Shown: positions 1 to 15,253, counted from the stretch's first letter. The stretch is DNA of 64,000 nt from Octopus vulgaris (GCA_951406725.2 OX597831.1:77686001-77750000), one strand, 5' to 3'. Notes: a model not told the origin generated them from the letters alone. Numbers and translations: made by a program.

Positions 1-209
1 ATTAATATAGACACACATACACACACATATACTAGTACACACACAAACACACATTCTCTCGGATTAGTATACATACGCATTAACACACTAGATGCATATA
101 TTCTCACAGTCATACATTCGCACAAACACTCCTATGAACACAAACATATACTCACACATATGAATAGATATTTAAAAATACTAACATATATATACATAGA
201 TACATACAT

Positions 210-273
<64 letters not shown>

Positions 274-1837
274 ATACATATATGTATGTATGTATGTACG
301 CTGGTACAATTATTTTATTTTTTCCTTTCTTATACTGAAGTTAGTCATTGGAACACGGGCATTTTGGCACATCTCTTCAATTGCTATATATATAGTTTGT
401 CTATTTTGCGGTTTTGTGGTACAGTAACATAACTTTTCAACAGAACGTGGTTTTGGAAGTTTTTAAAGTCTGATATATGTTTACTTACGTGTGAAATATA
501 CAGATGGCGCTTTCTAACCACAACTTTATTCGGTTGGCTGTTTGGACGTCCTTATAGATCGTCAGGCGAGATTGAAAGAAACTGTTACAACTATTTGTTG
601 AATTAGATCTGCCACTGCTGTTAACAGTGCCTATATATGGAACCTCGAATGGTGTATCAAAATACTCCCCATGGAGAATTTAGGTATGTACTCGCATGTG
701 GAAATTGTCTTTAAAAATATTAAATTTGGATTGCGTAGCAAATGATGTAGAATTTCTCTGTTAAACATTACTCGCAACACTTTGATCCGTTCCTATTTTC
801 ATTTACCTTAATTATCAGTGTCCATACGATGCTGTTGCTCCCGAATTTCTTTTTCAATTTCCAAATAGGGTTTTTAAAAGTACCCATGTTGCACTATAAG
901 CGCGCGTTAGTCCCCGGTCGAACGACTGAGCGCGATCCAGTGACTCAGATCTACAAAATATCCTTCCTATTCTTTAACGAAGCTGAGGGTCCTATTGCAC
1001 ATCCCACAACGCAGTTGTTGCTGTTGTCGTTCCTGCCGTTATTGATGTGTTGTAATCAAATGCATCTCATCCGTGACCATCCCGTCTTTTATGGTTACAT
1101 AAGGCGATATGATGGTATTTACTGGAACATTGGCTGTTCGTTTTTTGCAAGTGAAGCGAGTGACCCCCAAGAGATTGCTTTAATCCGTTGCTGCTTAATA
1201 ACGATTTATCGTTTCCGCCTTCGCAAGTGTAGCAGTAGTAGATATAGAAGAAAACGTTTTGTCAGATTGCATTTTTCCCCTGTAAAGCCTGCTCATTGAC
1301 TGTTGTTATATGCGTTGCCATTGGTCTTGGGGTTATGATTTAGTACCAGGTCAGTTCTGACTCAAAGGATTTATACTATGGAAGTCGTTCAAACCTTAAC
1401 CATTCAAATGATTTTTTTTCTCTTTTACCAACTATTGTGTAACTAAACTTTATTAATTAATATATCGTTTTTTTTTTCTAAGCGTAGATTGAAATTTGAG
1501 GGAGACGTGGCAGCAATTTATCTAGAAGGAAAAACCACAACGTGGAAGCTTCCTTCATCAACTCATTTGAGTACCTATTATTGTTTAATTCAGTTGGTGT
1601 GTAATCCCTTGATCGAATAGCCCTATACTACAAAGCATTTCAGGAACAAAATCCCGCTTTCTTATGAATCTGCTAGGCTACATGATGATTTTATACCGTA
1701 TTTCGCATCCGAGGTTTACATGACCCTGAGGGGGGGGGGTCCATATAAGATTTTACTGTTAAAACCGATGTGCAATAAATCGGTTATGCTTCTTCGATTC
1801 ACAAAATATTTTAATCTTTTCGAACAATTCCTAATAA

Positions 1838-2232
1838 TACTCTTTTGCTCTTTTACTTGTTTCAGTCATTTGACTGCGGCCATGCTGGAGCACCGCCTTT
1901 AATCGAACAACTCGACCCCAGGACTTATTCTTTTGTAAGCCCAGTACTTATTCTATCGGTCTCTTTTTGCCGAACCGCTAAGTAACTGGGACATAAACAC
2001 ACCAGCATCGGTTGTCAAGCAATACTAGGGGGACAAACACAGACACACAAACACACATATACATATATACGACGGGCTTCTTTCAGTTTCCATCTACCAA
2101 ATCCACTCACAAGGCTTTAGTCGGCCCAAGGCTATAGTAGAAGACACTTGCCCAAGATGCCACGCAATGGGACTGAACACGGAACCATGTGGTTGGTAAG
2201 GAAGCTACTTACCACACAGCCACTCATGCGCC
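1838..2232 (-). mobile_element. SINE family B (tRNA-like head, CORE-like segment, internal microsatellite, AAAAGAGT-type tail), full length
   Basis: Reverse complement aligns end to end with the copy at 54072-54487; about 20 full or partial copies in the window. Confidence 0.85.
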
Positions 2233-2651
2233 TAATATTTGATTATAATAATATAATGAGGACTTTTTAAACATCGAATGGCTTTGGGGCTCCGGCAGAA
2301 TAAAGCAGGAATCAAAGAGATCCATAAAGCAAAAAATGATTAAGAACTATCGATCTAAAGAGTCCTTTAGTATTGTCCTTGTTTGAGCGTACATGATTTG
2401 AGGGAAATGTAGCGGCTATTTCAAGCCGACAGCACAACTATGGTGGGGGGGGAGGCTGGGGCTGGGGTTCCTGAACGTTCTGGAGGTGATCACAACGGAA
2501 TCGGACTTGGTCGAAGCTTGATACCTACCCGATCCATTGCACTTATCAATGGATCACTTGGGTGATGTGTTGTGACAATATAGTGTGTGTTTGCCGCCAG
2601 GTGATTGACATCCCATTCTACGCAACATATGTGTGCGTATGTGTGTGTATG

Positions 2652-2705
<54 letters not shown>

Positions 2706-2834
2706 AAAATATATATAAAAAAATACAAAATGGGACAAGAACGCAAAACACTCAAAGAGACGACAGAAAAAACGGACGGGTCATTCGAAGCCTCTAAACT
2801 TCAGTCAAGAACCGAATCATCCTCGCAATTTCGG

Positions 2835-2888
<54 letters not shown>

Positions 2889-3084
2889 TCAGTGGAGCAA
2901 GAACAAACACGGAAACAAAAAGTGTCGCTGAATAGGTCACAGATGTATGATGAAAGATTTCCAGAGAATGGACAGGCGTCAAAATAATAAAATAACAGTA
3001 ATAAACAAGTGAAGAAAAATATAGTGCGTGTGTTTATTTGTCATAATAATAATAATAAATAAATAAAATGACCATCCCGAAGTA

Positions 3085-3137
<53 letters not shown>

Positions 3138-3512
3138 TGCATTCAGGTGACCTCAATGGTGCGGTGCAATTAAGAATAGATGGGCGTCTATAAAGTTTAG
3201 TATGGGTGTATATACGTACACGTCCGTGTGTGTATGTGTGTATATGCTCGCATGTGTGTGTGTGTGTGTCTGTGTCTGGGGTGGTTCTTACCATCGTGAT
3301 TCTTTCAGGCTCTCGGTGTTTTAGATGTCTATATAATGTGTTAATAGCTCTGGCTATCTGTTTTAATAGTTTCCTCTCATCTTGGTTTTAAAGTCCATAA
3401 AACAGGTCATTGCTTACAGATGCAAGGGGCGTACTCCAGATTTTCTGTGATTCGATCTTACTTTAATAGTTGACAGGCGTTGATAATCTTCTTTTGGTTT
3501 GTTATTGATGTA

Positions 3513-3543
<31 letters not shown>

Positions 3544-3807
3544 TTTAATGAGATATCTCAGAAGAAGGTATCCTTGTTTTTCATGTAATTGTAACTACTA
3601 CTGTTGTTGTTGTTGTTGCTGTTGTTGCTGTTGTTGTTGTTGCTGTTATTGTTGTATGTTATGCGATTGTTATATGAGTGTTAATGATCTCTGATATTGT
3701 TGTGTGTGTGTGTGTGTGCATTTAATGTGTGACGGGTTGTAGATATCATTAGAGAGATATTAACATAGGTACTATTATTACTAACTACAAAAACTACTAC
3801 AACAACA

Positions 3808-3871
<64 letters not shown>

Positions 3872-3929
3872 TAATAATTATAATAATGATAATGACAGTG
3901 ATGATGATGACGATAACAATCTTTTCTAC

Positions 3930-4135
3930 TATACGCACGAGGCTTGAAATTTTGGAGTAGGGGTGCGAGTCGATTACATCGACCCCAGTGCTCAACTGTT
4001 ACTTATTTTATCGGTACCCAAAAGGATGAAAGGCAAGGCCGACCTCGGCAGAATTTGAACTCAGAACGTAAAGGCGGTCGAAATGCCGCTAAGCATTTTG
4101 GCTGGCGTGCTAACGACCCTGCTGGTTCGCCATCT
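3930..4135 (-). mobile_element. SINE family A (tRNA-like head plus Nin/Deu-like domain)
   Basis: Matches the consensus gttctgagttcaaattccgccgaggtcgactttgcctttcatcctttcggggtcgataaa..aagtaccag; further copies near 4970-5390, 17090-17250, 25417-25830, 44985-45215, 46320-46750, 50750-50885. Confidence 0.75.
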
Positions 4136-4183
4136 CAATAACAGCTACAACAACAACGACGCCGACGATGATGATGATGATGA

Positions 4184-4296
4184 GAAGAAGAAGAAGAAGA
4201 AGAAGAAGAAGAAGAAGAAGAAGAAGAAGAAGAAGAAGAAGAAGAAGAAGAAGAAGAAGAAGAAGAAGAAGAAGAAGAAGAAGAAGAAGAAGAAGA
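4184..4296. repeat. (AAG)n microsatellite
   Basis: Pure trinucleotide run. Confidence 0.97.
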
Positions 4297-4316
4297 ATGA
4301 TAATGTGCTTCGATAG

Positions 4317-4862
4317 AGTACCAGGCTGTGGTTTTCATAACTTCTGATCTTAACTGATTGAAAGTCTTATCATGTACATTGTCTTGTCTTTTGGTATAAG
4401 AGATGGTCTACAGCAAATATTCTGCTCAATACCACAGATTTGCTTGTCAGTTCTTTGACCTTAACCAGTTGAGCATGTCCCTTAGTGGCTGACGATATGT
4501 GCATCTCTGATCACGAGCAGAAGTATTGGGGGAGCATCATAACCATGTGTTGAGAGGAATTCTTTGGGGTTTGGATAATTCACCTCTGGAAACATGGGTG
4601 TTTCATTCAATATCCTTAAACAACCCTTATTCAGGGACCTTTTGAGCGAGATGGGCTACTCAATAAGAAGAAAATTCTAACTGGGCCCCACCTGCAAGGT
4701 CATGTGCTGTTTAGCTTGATATAAGATCACCATGTCGCGCACACATGGTTGTGATGCATGTGCCTGGTGTACCCTTATCAGACGGGTAGTCATGATGGGT
4801 ATACTGGGCTTCGTATATTTTACCCCAGTGTCACTTTGATGGCATGCTCTGCTCTCTCACCA
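4317..4862 (+). mobile_element. ~545 bp interspersed repeat ending in (AAT)n; probable non-autonomous non-LTR element
   Basis: Collinear near-identical copy at 45576-46123; both start agtaccaggc and end ctctctcac..aataataat. Confidence 0.8.
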
Positions 4863-4883
4863 ATAATAATAATAATAATAATG

Positions 4884-4966
<83 letters not shown>

Positions 4967-5399
4967 CCTTTCTACTAAAGACACAAAACCTGAAATTCTG
5001 GAGGACGGGAAAGTCGATTTTATTGATCCCAGTGTTCAACTGGTACTTATTTAATCGACCCAGAAAGGATGAAAAGGAAAACTGACTTCACTAGAATTTG
5101 AACCCAGAATGTAAGGACGGACGAAATGCCGCTGAGCATTTCGTTCGGTGTGCTAATGATTCTGCCAGTTCGCCGTCTTAATAATAGTACTGGTTTCAAA
5201 TTTGGGCCCAAGGCCAACAATTTCGGGGCAAGGAAAGCAAAAGTCGATTAAATTGATCCCCCATCACCACCACCACGAAGCGGTCAACTACTATTTACTT
5301 TATCGATCCCAAAAGATGAAAGGCAAAGTCGACCTCGGCTTAATTTGAACTCAGAAAGTACAGATGAACAAAATGCCGCTAGGCATTTTAACCGTCCCC

Positions 5400-5531
5400 T
5401 ATCTTCACAACCTCATGGTTCCAGGTTCAGTCCCACTGCGTATCACCTTGGGCAATTGTCTTCTACTACTGTCTTGGGCCGACTACAGCCTTTTGAGTGG
5501 ATTTGGTTGACGGAAACTGAAAGAAGCCTGT

Positions 5532-5617
<86 letters not shown>

Positions 5618-5865
5618 TACACATATATATACATGTGTGTGTATCGGTGTGTGAGTATGTTTTTTGTACCTGTGTTTGTCTCCCACCATCGCTTTACAAC
5701 CAATGCTGGTGTGTTTATATTCCCGTAACTTAGCGGTTCGGCAAAGAGACTGATAGAATAAGTACTAGGCTTACAAAGAATAAGTTCTGGGGTCGATATG
5801 TTCGACTAAAGGCGGTGCTCCAGCAAGGCCACAGTCAAATGACTGAAACAAATAAAAGAATAAAA

Positions 5866-5909
<44 letters not shown>

Positions 5910-6058
5910 TTTGTAAGCCTAGTACTTATTCTATCGGTTTCTTTGCCGAACCGCTAAGTTACGGGAATATAAACACAGCAGCATCGGTTGTAAAGCGATG
6001 GTGGGAGACAAACACAGGTACAAAAACATACTCACACACCGATACACACACATGTATA

Positions 6059-6060
<2 letters not shown>
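5400..6060 (+). mobile_element. SINE family B with an inverted duplicate of its 3' half (about 5905-6060)
   Basis: 5905-6060 is the reverse complement of about 5630-5782, including the copy-specific acaggtacaaaaaacatactcac. Confidence 0.85.
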
Positions 6061-6123
<63 letters not shown>

Positions 6124-6262
6124 TATGTGAAATAGAAAGATGAATAATCTTGTAGTAGATTAATCAAAAGTTTAACCGATACCTTAGTAGCAAAAATCAC
6201 AGCAATAAAACGATTTCTGTTCAATCTGCGTTCAGCTCCATTTCTTCAATTCACCAACAATG

Positions 6263-6780
<518 letters not shown>

Positions 6781-7093
6781 TATGCGTGTGTGTGTGTGTG
6801 TGTATGTGTGTATGTGCATATGTGTGTCTATTTTTGTTCTCCATTGCCACTTGACAACCGGTATTAGTGTGTTTGCGTCTTCATAACTTACCCGTTCAGC
6901 AAAAAAAGACCGATAGAATGAGAATCAAGCTGAAAGAAAATAATTCTGGGATTAATTCATTCGCCTAAATATTCTTCAAGATGCCCCAGCATGGCCGTAG
7001 TCTAATGAAGGAAGTACGAAGGATATCATAGCGACGATGCGGTGAGATAATAAATGATTAATTCAAAACAATGTAAATTCATAATCTTTATAC

Positions 7094-7728
7094 TTAGTCC
7101 TTCGTGGGCCGCTGTGTTCCCTTGGGACCCCAGCAAATTTTAAAATTCATGCAAATTTTACATTTTTTATTTAAATCATTTTATATCTCATCCCTTTTAC
7201 TGTCAATAGTTTATGAATGCACACACAAATTTTGAGTTAAAAATTTCCAGTCATATGGATGTTATAGCATAAAATAGGGTCATTGGAGTCCAACTGGACC
7301 CTATTGACCTTCTGTGAAATTATATTTTCCTATTCTTTTTTTCAGATATTCTGATCAACTATTAATCAATTTTCTTCGTATTTGTTCTGGTATAAATCAA
7401 TACAATAAATAATTTTGTTTTATTTTATATTTCGTGTTGTATGTATAGTTTATAAAACTATAAAAGATGATGATTTCTTTCAATAAAGGTCTTTTTCAGT
7501 CAATAAATTATATTGTAATTCCCCTTCATTAAACGCAAATAATTACAAATATATACCTATAAAGTACTAAATTTCTTGTTCTGTATCACGCACCCACACA
7601 TATATACAAGATTACACAAATATTGCCTATATAAATAGTGCAGAAATGCGCAAAAATAAAAGGGGGAAACGAGGGACCCCCACTGGGTTTTTGTGTAATT
7701 CCAACCCCACCAGGCAGCGAAGGGTTAA
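7094..7728. mobile_element. Possible piggyBac-type non-autonomous DNA transposon
   Basis: Right end cagcgaaggg-TTAA; degenerate left end TTAG-tccttcg; subterminal gggacccc motifs; AT-rich interior. Confidence 0.45.
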
Positions 7729-8334
7729 GAGAGTAATCTGAATGCTAAAATATTAAAATTGATTGGTGTAAAACGGCAGGGCTCTGGTATGGCCGTATGA
7801 GTTCCGGTTGTATTCGTGTGTTTCTGATACCGAGAAGGACAAAACACAAAAATTAACAAAGATCTGGTGTAGGTCGTAAGAGTTATTTTTGTTTTATCTT
7901 TATTGCGTTTGGGACCTAAGTTCTTTTGTGGCGCGCAACATTCTACATTACATCAAAGGGGAAAGCATGCGGCAGCGGGACTTCCCGCTGCGCCACAGAG
8001 ATTACCCTAGTCGAATGAAGTGTGTGCTGTGTGTGTGTGTGTGTGTATGTGTGTGTGTGTGTATTTGACGGCCGACGGAAGTGTGTTTCATGAAAAAAAG
8101 AAACCAAGAGAAAAGACATTTTCTATGTGTATGTTTATGTTTTTGTTTGTCCACCCGGCTGTCTGTTTGTCTGAATGTCTGTCAGTCTGGGCAGGGTATG
8201 TATGGTCCTGCTTATGTATCTATGTAAATTATGTGTGTGTGCGTGCGCGTGTGTGTGCGTGTGTGTGTGTGTGTGTTTGTGCTTGTGTTTATATAAATCT
8301 ATTTGTCAATGCGCAAATGTCCACAAGTATGCAT

Positions 8335-8371
<37 letters not shown>

Positions 8372-8375
<4 letters not shown>

Positions 8376-8540
8376 ATAAATTAATAAATAAAACATATGC
8401 ATATATACATACATATATGTACGTACCTACCTCTACATGTATATATACATGCATATATGGGTACAGGACACCAAAAAAAACGTCGAACACAATGAGAAAC
8501 GAAAACATAAACACAAAAACAAGGAAATGGACGTTTCTTT
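8372..8540 (-). repeat. Dispersed repeat with a conserved low-complexity segment
   Basis: Near-identical opposite-orientation copy at 53930-54068 and a diverged copy at about 19930-20050. Confidence 0.7.
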
Positions 8541-8542
8541 TA

Positions 8543-8621
<79 letters not shown>

Positions 8622-8996
8622 ATGTGTTTATGTATGTGTGTGCGTGTATATACACACACACATATATAGAGATGAATAAAGATGTTTATATATATATATA
8701 TGTGACTATACATATGTGTGTGTATGTGTGAGTGTGTGTCTGTGTGTAAAGTTTGCCTGTATGTACGCTCTACCCGCCACCCCGGTATCTTCCCAGCGAG
8801 CTTATATCTAGATTCCAATCACGTAATCAGCATTGTTCTGTGTCCTGGTCGTCAGTCGTCGTCGTCGTCGTAGCCGTAGTCTTGCCTTTGACAGATGATC
8901 AATATTCGCACACAAGCAACTATTTGCCGAATTTCTTTGCATACATACATACATACATACATACATACATACATACATACATACATACATACATAC

Positions 8997-9053
<57 letters not shown>

Positions 9054-9080
9054 TAGATATAGATATATATAGATATATAT

Positions 9081-9189
<109 letters not shown>

Positions 9190-9297
9190 CATACATATAA
9201 CGGGAAGGTTTACGAAAATAAGCAAAAGACGAAGGCAGGTGGACTACAAACAAATAAATGTATTAGTATGGCGCTCAGGAATATAAATAGAAAAAGT

Positions 9298-9333
9298 CTT
9301 TTACGTTTCGAGCCTCCGCTCTTCGACAGAAAG
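9298..9333 (-). ncRNA. Hammerhead-like motif, variant core CUGUCGA
   Basis: cuuu-CUGUCGA-A-GAGC ggag GCUC-GAAAC-GUA-aaag: stems I and II pair, palindromic ACGU stem III. Confidence 0.6.
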
Positions 9334-9348
9334 ATACATATGTATATG

Positions 9349-9446
<98 letters not shown>

Positions 9447-10287
9447 TGTGTGTGCATTGTGTATGTGTGTATATATAGATATAGTGGTGTGTGTATATAT
9501 ATATATTAAGTATGCATGTATGGATTTATATAATATGGATATATATATATCTGTGTATATATGTATGTGTGTGCAAGTGTGTATATATATACATGCACGT
9601 GTATATATGTATGTCTATGTATATGTGCATGCATGTATGTATGTGTATATGTATATAGATCTGTGTGTGTGTGTAAGTATATATATGTGTATGCGTATAT
9701 AAATGTGTTTATGTGTATATGTATGTATGTATGTATATATGTGTGTGTGTGTATGTATATATGTATGTATGTTGTGTGTGTATGCATGTATGCGTATATA
9801 TGTGCGTACGCGTGTATGTATGAAAGAGCATGTATGAGCCTAAGGCCAAGGAAAATACATGATAAGGGTGCAGGGGTATATGTAATAGGAGAAAGAATTT
9901 GAGTGAGGAAAGGAGAGAGAGAGAGAAAGAAAGAAGTAATGAGAGAGAGAAAGAAAGAGAGAGAGAGAAAGAAAGAAAGTGAGAGAGAGAGAGAGATGTG
10001 AGCAAGAAAGAGGAAATAGCAATAAAGGAGGAATGGAACGGACAATAAGGCGAACGGTGAAAGGGGTAGAGAGTAAAGATGGCGGGTATGCGCGAGAGAA
10101 CAGGAAACGTGAATGCACATAATGAAACGGATGAAGTCTTGTAGTGGAGATGGTCAGGGATGGAGCGGGGAGTTAGTTGACTGAATGGTTGTCAGTGAGT
10201 GTGGGTAGCAAGCGGGTACTGGCGGGGGTGTTATGTATTTATTTATTACTTAATTCTTTTCCTGGGATAGTTTATAAAATATTCACG

Positions 10288-10325
<38 letters not shown>

Positions 10326-10804
10326 GCGTATATATAGATATGTTAATGTTTTGTGTATATGTATGCTTGTATGCATGTGTGTATATGTATATGCATCCAT
10401 ATGTGCATTTGTAAACATCTTTATCTATGTAAGCAATTGCGTCTACATATATGCACCTATGTATGCATGTATATATAAGTATATATGTGTGTATATATAT
10501 GTATGTATGTATATGTATGTATATGCAGCATGCATGCGTATGCATGTATGTATATGTGCCTGTGTATGCATGTGTGTATGTGTGTATCTATCTATAGATA
10601 TGAGTGTATGTATACGTACCAACTTATGCATGTGTGTATGTGTATGCCTATGTGCCTTTATGACCGCATATATATGTGTCTGTGTGAGTGTGTGTATGTG
10701 TGTTTGTGAGTATTTATGTGTGTGTATATATATATATGCATACGAATATGTATATATACACACATATATATTTATGTATGTATGTTTGCATATATATATT
10801 TATA

Positions 10805-10853
<49 letters not shown>

Positions 10854-10883
10854 GTATGTATATATATGTATATATATATCTAT

Positions 10884-11690
10884 CTATCCGCTCAGTCGAC
10901 GTCGACTCTCGGTTACTCGATGGATCAGTGTCCTCCAGTCAGTTCTATCCAGGGCCGCTTCTTTCGGATTGGCTATGTCCATTCCGGTATCATTCTTGAT
11001 TGTGTCAAGCCAGCGGGTTCTTGGTCGGCCTCTTCTTCTCTTGCCACTGACCATTCCGAGCATGATGTCCTTCTCCAGGGATTTTCTCCGCATAATATGA
11101 CCAAAATATGCCAATCTATGCTTGGTGATCCTAGCTTCTAGCGACATTTTCGGCCTGATCTGCTTAAGAACTTCTCCATTGGTGAGCCTCGCTGTCCATG
11201 AAATCCGTAAAAGTCTTCTCCAACACCAAAGCTCGAATGCATTAATTCTATTCTGGTCAGCTTTCTTTAGTGTCCAGGATTCGCATCCATATGTTGCTAT
11301 TGGGAAGACAATTGCATTCACCAATCTGCATTTGGTAGCGAGCCTGATGTCTCTACTCTTCCAGACCCTACTCATGCTAACCATTGCTTCTCTGCCTAGT
11401 AATATCCGCCGTCTTATTTCTGGAGTGAAGTCATTATCTCGATTTATTTTGGAGCCAAGGAAGATGAAATCATCAACCACTTTGATCTCTTCATTATCAA
11501 TTTTGATGCTGATGTTTGTTGTGGCTGCTGTTGACATGATCTTCGTTTACTTAACATTGAGGTGCAGCCCAAATTTCTCACTCTCTTTCTTGACCAGCAG
11601 GACAAGGTCCTCCAGATCCTTACCACTCTCCGCCAGCAGGGTTGTATCATCTGCACAGCGAAGGTTATTAATATTTCTTCCTCCAATCCT
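10884..11690 (-). mobile_element. 5'-truncated RTE-clade (BovB-like) LINE, RT C-terminal half, pseudogenised
   Basis: RIGGRNINNLRCADDTTLLAES...YGCESWTLKKAD..RINAFELWCWRRLLRISWTAR...[14 protein letters not shown]; YADD changed to CADD; in-frame TAA at 11547-11549; 3' end runs into (GATA)/(TA) tail. Confidence 0.93.
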
Positions 11691-11734
11691 CATATATATA
11701 TATATATATATACATATATAATATATATATATAT

Positions 11735-11976
11735 GTCTTCATCATCTTCATCGTGACCGACCAGACCATCAGATGTTGCTACACATCGCTGGTCACAATG
11801 CGTTCGCACTGTTTTAGCCTTCGAATGACGCCACCCAGCTGGCTAAGCGAGCAGGCCAACAGAAGAAAGTGTGAGAGGAGGAGTGGTGAAAGAGTATAGC
11901 AGGGATCACCACCCCCTGCCGGAGCTTCGAAGGAGCTTCTTAGGTGTTTTCGCTCAATAAACACACACAACGCCCG
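11735..11976 (-). mobile_element. SINE family C, tail variant 2 (head truncated)
   Basis: Same body and tail as 14950-15252. Confidence 0.8.
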
Positions 11977-13169
11977 TCTCTCTCTCTCTATATATATATG
12001 TGTGTATCCATACGTATACATTTGTCATAATAACCAGACTAAAGAGAGAAAAGAATGAGGTATAAGGAAAAAATACCGGAGGCACGAAGAAATGGGAGAT
12101 GAATGGGTAATAACGTAAACATATTTGTGTATTTTGACCAAATATGGTTGAATTTCTTTCAGGAATCTATGGAACAGCGATGTCTGATATAGACAGCACA
12201 CGTTTTGAAGTAGGGTATAACCTATTAAATCAGTTGTTAGCATTTTACTCGTTCTAATATAATGTCCAAAGCCCTGACGAATGAAAAGCGAAACCCACCG
12301 GTCTCGCTTTAAACTCAGGACATAAAAGAACTTCAAAATATTTCGTTCGCCATTTTGTTATGACATCGTCCTCTCTGACAAAGGGGTAAATCGGGGACGT
12401 TAATTGACTGAATGATAGGGATTCAATACCAATCAGATACCACGCAGAGGGACTGAACCTGGAACTATGTGGTTGGGAAGCAAGCTTCTCTACTACACAG
12501 CCACACACACACACACACACACATACACACACACACACACACGCATGCATACACACACATATGAAGTGGTTCTTAATCATTATCTTATCTCACAAATAAA
12601 TATGCAAAACAAAACCAACGTTAGTAATGGCGTCACTCGAGGAGAGGCTTAGGAAATAAAAACGGAAGTGTCTTCATTTTTACACTTCGATCTGATATCT
12701 TGCAAATCTTGACATGACACTGAACAAGGTGCAGGGATGGCAGTGTGGTTGAGAAGCTAGCTTCCCAAACATGTGTCCCTGGGTTCAGTCCCGGTGCGGA
12801 TTGCAAAAGGCAAATGTCTTCTACTATAACCCCGAGCTGACCAAAACCTTGTGAGCCCGTTTGTTTAGCAGAATCTGTCGTGTGTGTGTGTCTGTGTGTG
12901 TGTGTGTGTGCGTGTGTGTGTGTTTGTGTTCGTGCGCTACTACATCTTGACAACCGGTGTTAGGTTGTTTACAATCTCATAACTTAGTGGTTCAACTAAA
13001 GAAAATATAGAATAACTAGAAGATTTTAAACTAAGTTCTAGGTTAAATTTCTAAACTCTTTAACGTGCCCTAGTATGGCTTCCATCCAGCAACGAAAACA
13101 AATGATAGAAGTAGACATATATTAACTTCCTTATCTCCATTTTCTTGTCTTCTTTTATGCTTGTGTATA

Positions 13170-13273
<104 letters not shown>

Positions 13274-13875
13274 TACATTTGCACATATATATGGAAATAT
13301 TTTATTCTCAAACGCATAATACTAATGCTGCATAGCATAAACAGGATAACATCCTTATATTGCAGTAAAATCTAAGCGATCAGCCATGAGACTCGAACAA
13401 ACATCTCTGTGATTACCGGTCAAAACGCTTTGCCTTTAAGCTAAACTGCCCACGAACAAATTCTTCAGAAATTTTTGAACTTATAGATTTAGCTTTTATA
13501 CACGTTATATTTGAAATTATGACATATATGTAAATAAGTCTGCATTTTAGAAGCATTGAAGTGTATTGAAATATACGTATATGGAAGTATTTTATTTTCA
13601 GACGTATAAGTTATGTATACGTACGTATATATGAATGTATGTATGTATTTATGTATCTAAGTATGTATTTATACTGTAACTTAGTGCTTTCTATAAAGAC
13701 CCATCCATATGTTGTCAAAGTAATTGCGACGACGTTATTAATATCACTAAGATTTTACGGTTTAGGAGCGGCTTGTCCCTGAGTTTTTGGTGAGTTTTTT
13801 CGCGAAATTTCGTTGGTCACATTTAAAGCCGTCACAACTTCAATTAACTTTTGGCATACAACATTTGGATCGAAT

Positions 13876-14073
13876 ACTCTCTTTCACTTGTTTCAGTCAT
13901 TTGACTGTGGCCATGCTGGAGCACTACCTTTTTAGTCGACCAAATCGACCCCAGGACTTATTCTTTGTAAGCCTAGTACTTATTCTATCGGTCTTTTTGC
14001 CGAACCGCTAGATGACGGGGACGTAAAGCGATATCAAGCGATGTTGGGGGGACAAACACAGACGCACAAACAT

Positions 14074-14104
<31 letters not shown>

Positions 14105-14277
14105 CATATATACGACAGGCTTCTTTCAGTTTCCGTCTACCAAATCCACTCACAAGGCTTTGGTCGGCCCGAGTCTATAGCAGAAGACACTTGCCCAAGG
14201 TGCCACGCAGTGGGACTGAACCCGGAACCATGTGGTTCGTAAGCAAGTTACTTACCCACACAGCCACTCCTACGCCT
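13876..14277 (-). mobile_element. SINE family B, full length
   Basis: Aligns with 54072-54487. Confidence 0.85.
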
Positions 14278-14845
14278 ATTTGAGTCTCTTTCTTCGAGGG
14301 AAGAAAAGATTTTGAGACGAAGATTTTGAGCATGTATGAGAGAACGCAAGCTGTCTAACAATATCTATATTTGAAGTTCTTTCAACAATTCATACGCCAT
14401 TTTGTCTGCGCGCCTGTTTGTGTAATTACGTCTCTTAAATTTCTCTCTCTCTCCTCCCCCCCCCCCTCGCACAGAAAGCTGTTTCACATTGACTCAGAGA
14501 GGCTCTCAACACGTTGGTTTTGAACATACATTTCAATGAAAGGATGGTTTCACCTGCCATGCCAGTTTTTATTTACCTCTTTGAAACTCTATCTGCTTGG
14601 ACATCTCTGATCTTCCTTATCAGCCATATTTGACTCTTTTATTGTTTAGTATTTATCAAATGTCAAGTCATTGGACTGCGGCCATGCTGGAGTACCGCGT
14701 TGAAGTGTTTTGTGGACCAGATCGAGGCCAATACTTGATATGTCACTTCTTTTGCTGAATGCTTCAGTTACGCGAATGTAAACAAAACAGCACTGGTTTT
14801 CAAGTGGGAAGGACAAGCACGCATGTGCACACACAAACACACACA

Positions 14846-14887
<42 letters not shown>

Positions 14888-14917
14888 CATATATATGTAT
14901 ATATATATATATGTGTA

Positions 14918-14948
<31 letters not shown>

Positions 14949-14949
14949 A

Positions 14950-15252
14950 TATCATCGTCACCGTGACCGACCAGGGTATCAGATGTTGCTGCACATCGCT
15001 GGTCACAATGCGCTTCGCATTGTTTTAGCCTTCAAAGGGCACCACCCCGCTGGCTAAGCGAGCAGGCCAACAGAAGAAAGAGTGAGAGAAATTTGTGGCG
15101 AAAGAGTACAGCAGGGATCTCCACCCCCTGCAGGAGCCTCGTGGAGCTTTAGGTGTTTTCGCTCAATAGATACTCACAACGGTCTGGGAATCGAAACCGC
15201 GATCCTACAACCGCAAGTCCGCTGCACTAACCACTGGGTGATTGCGCCTCCA
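14950..15252 (-). mobile_element. SINE family C, tail variant 2, full length
   Basis: Head ggaggcgcaat..cagtggttag..gtttcgattccc shared with 24774-25157; different 3' tail. Confidence 0.82.
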
Positions 15253-15253
15253 C

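Noticed and set aside
829-1299. 156 aa ORF
   Set aside because: No motif; appears to overlap a decayed repeat
7969-7994. GC hairpin gcagcgggacttcccgctgc as miRNA or terminator
   Set aside because: Stem too short for a pre-miRNA and no U-tract
12272-12322. CUGACGA..GAAAC hammerhead-like text
   Set aside because: No consistent stem I/II register with an intact core
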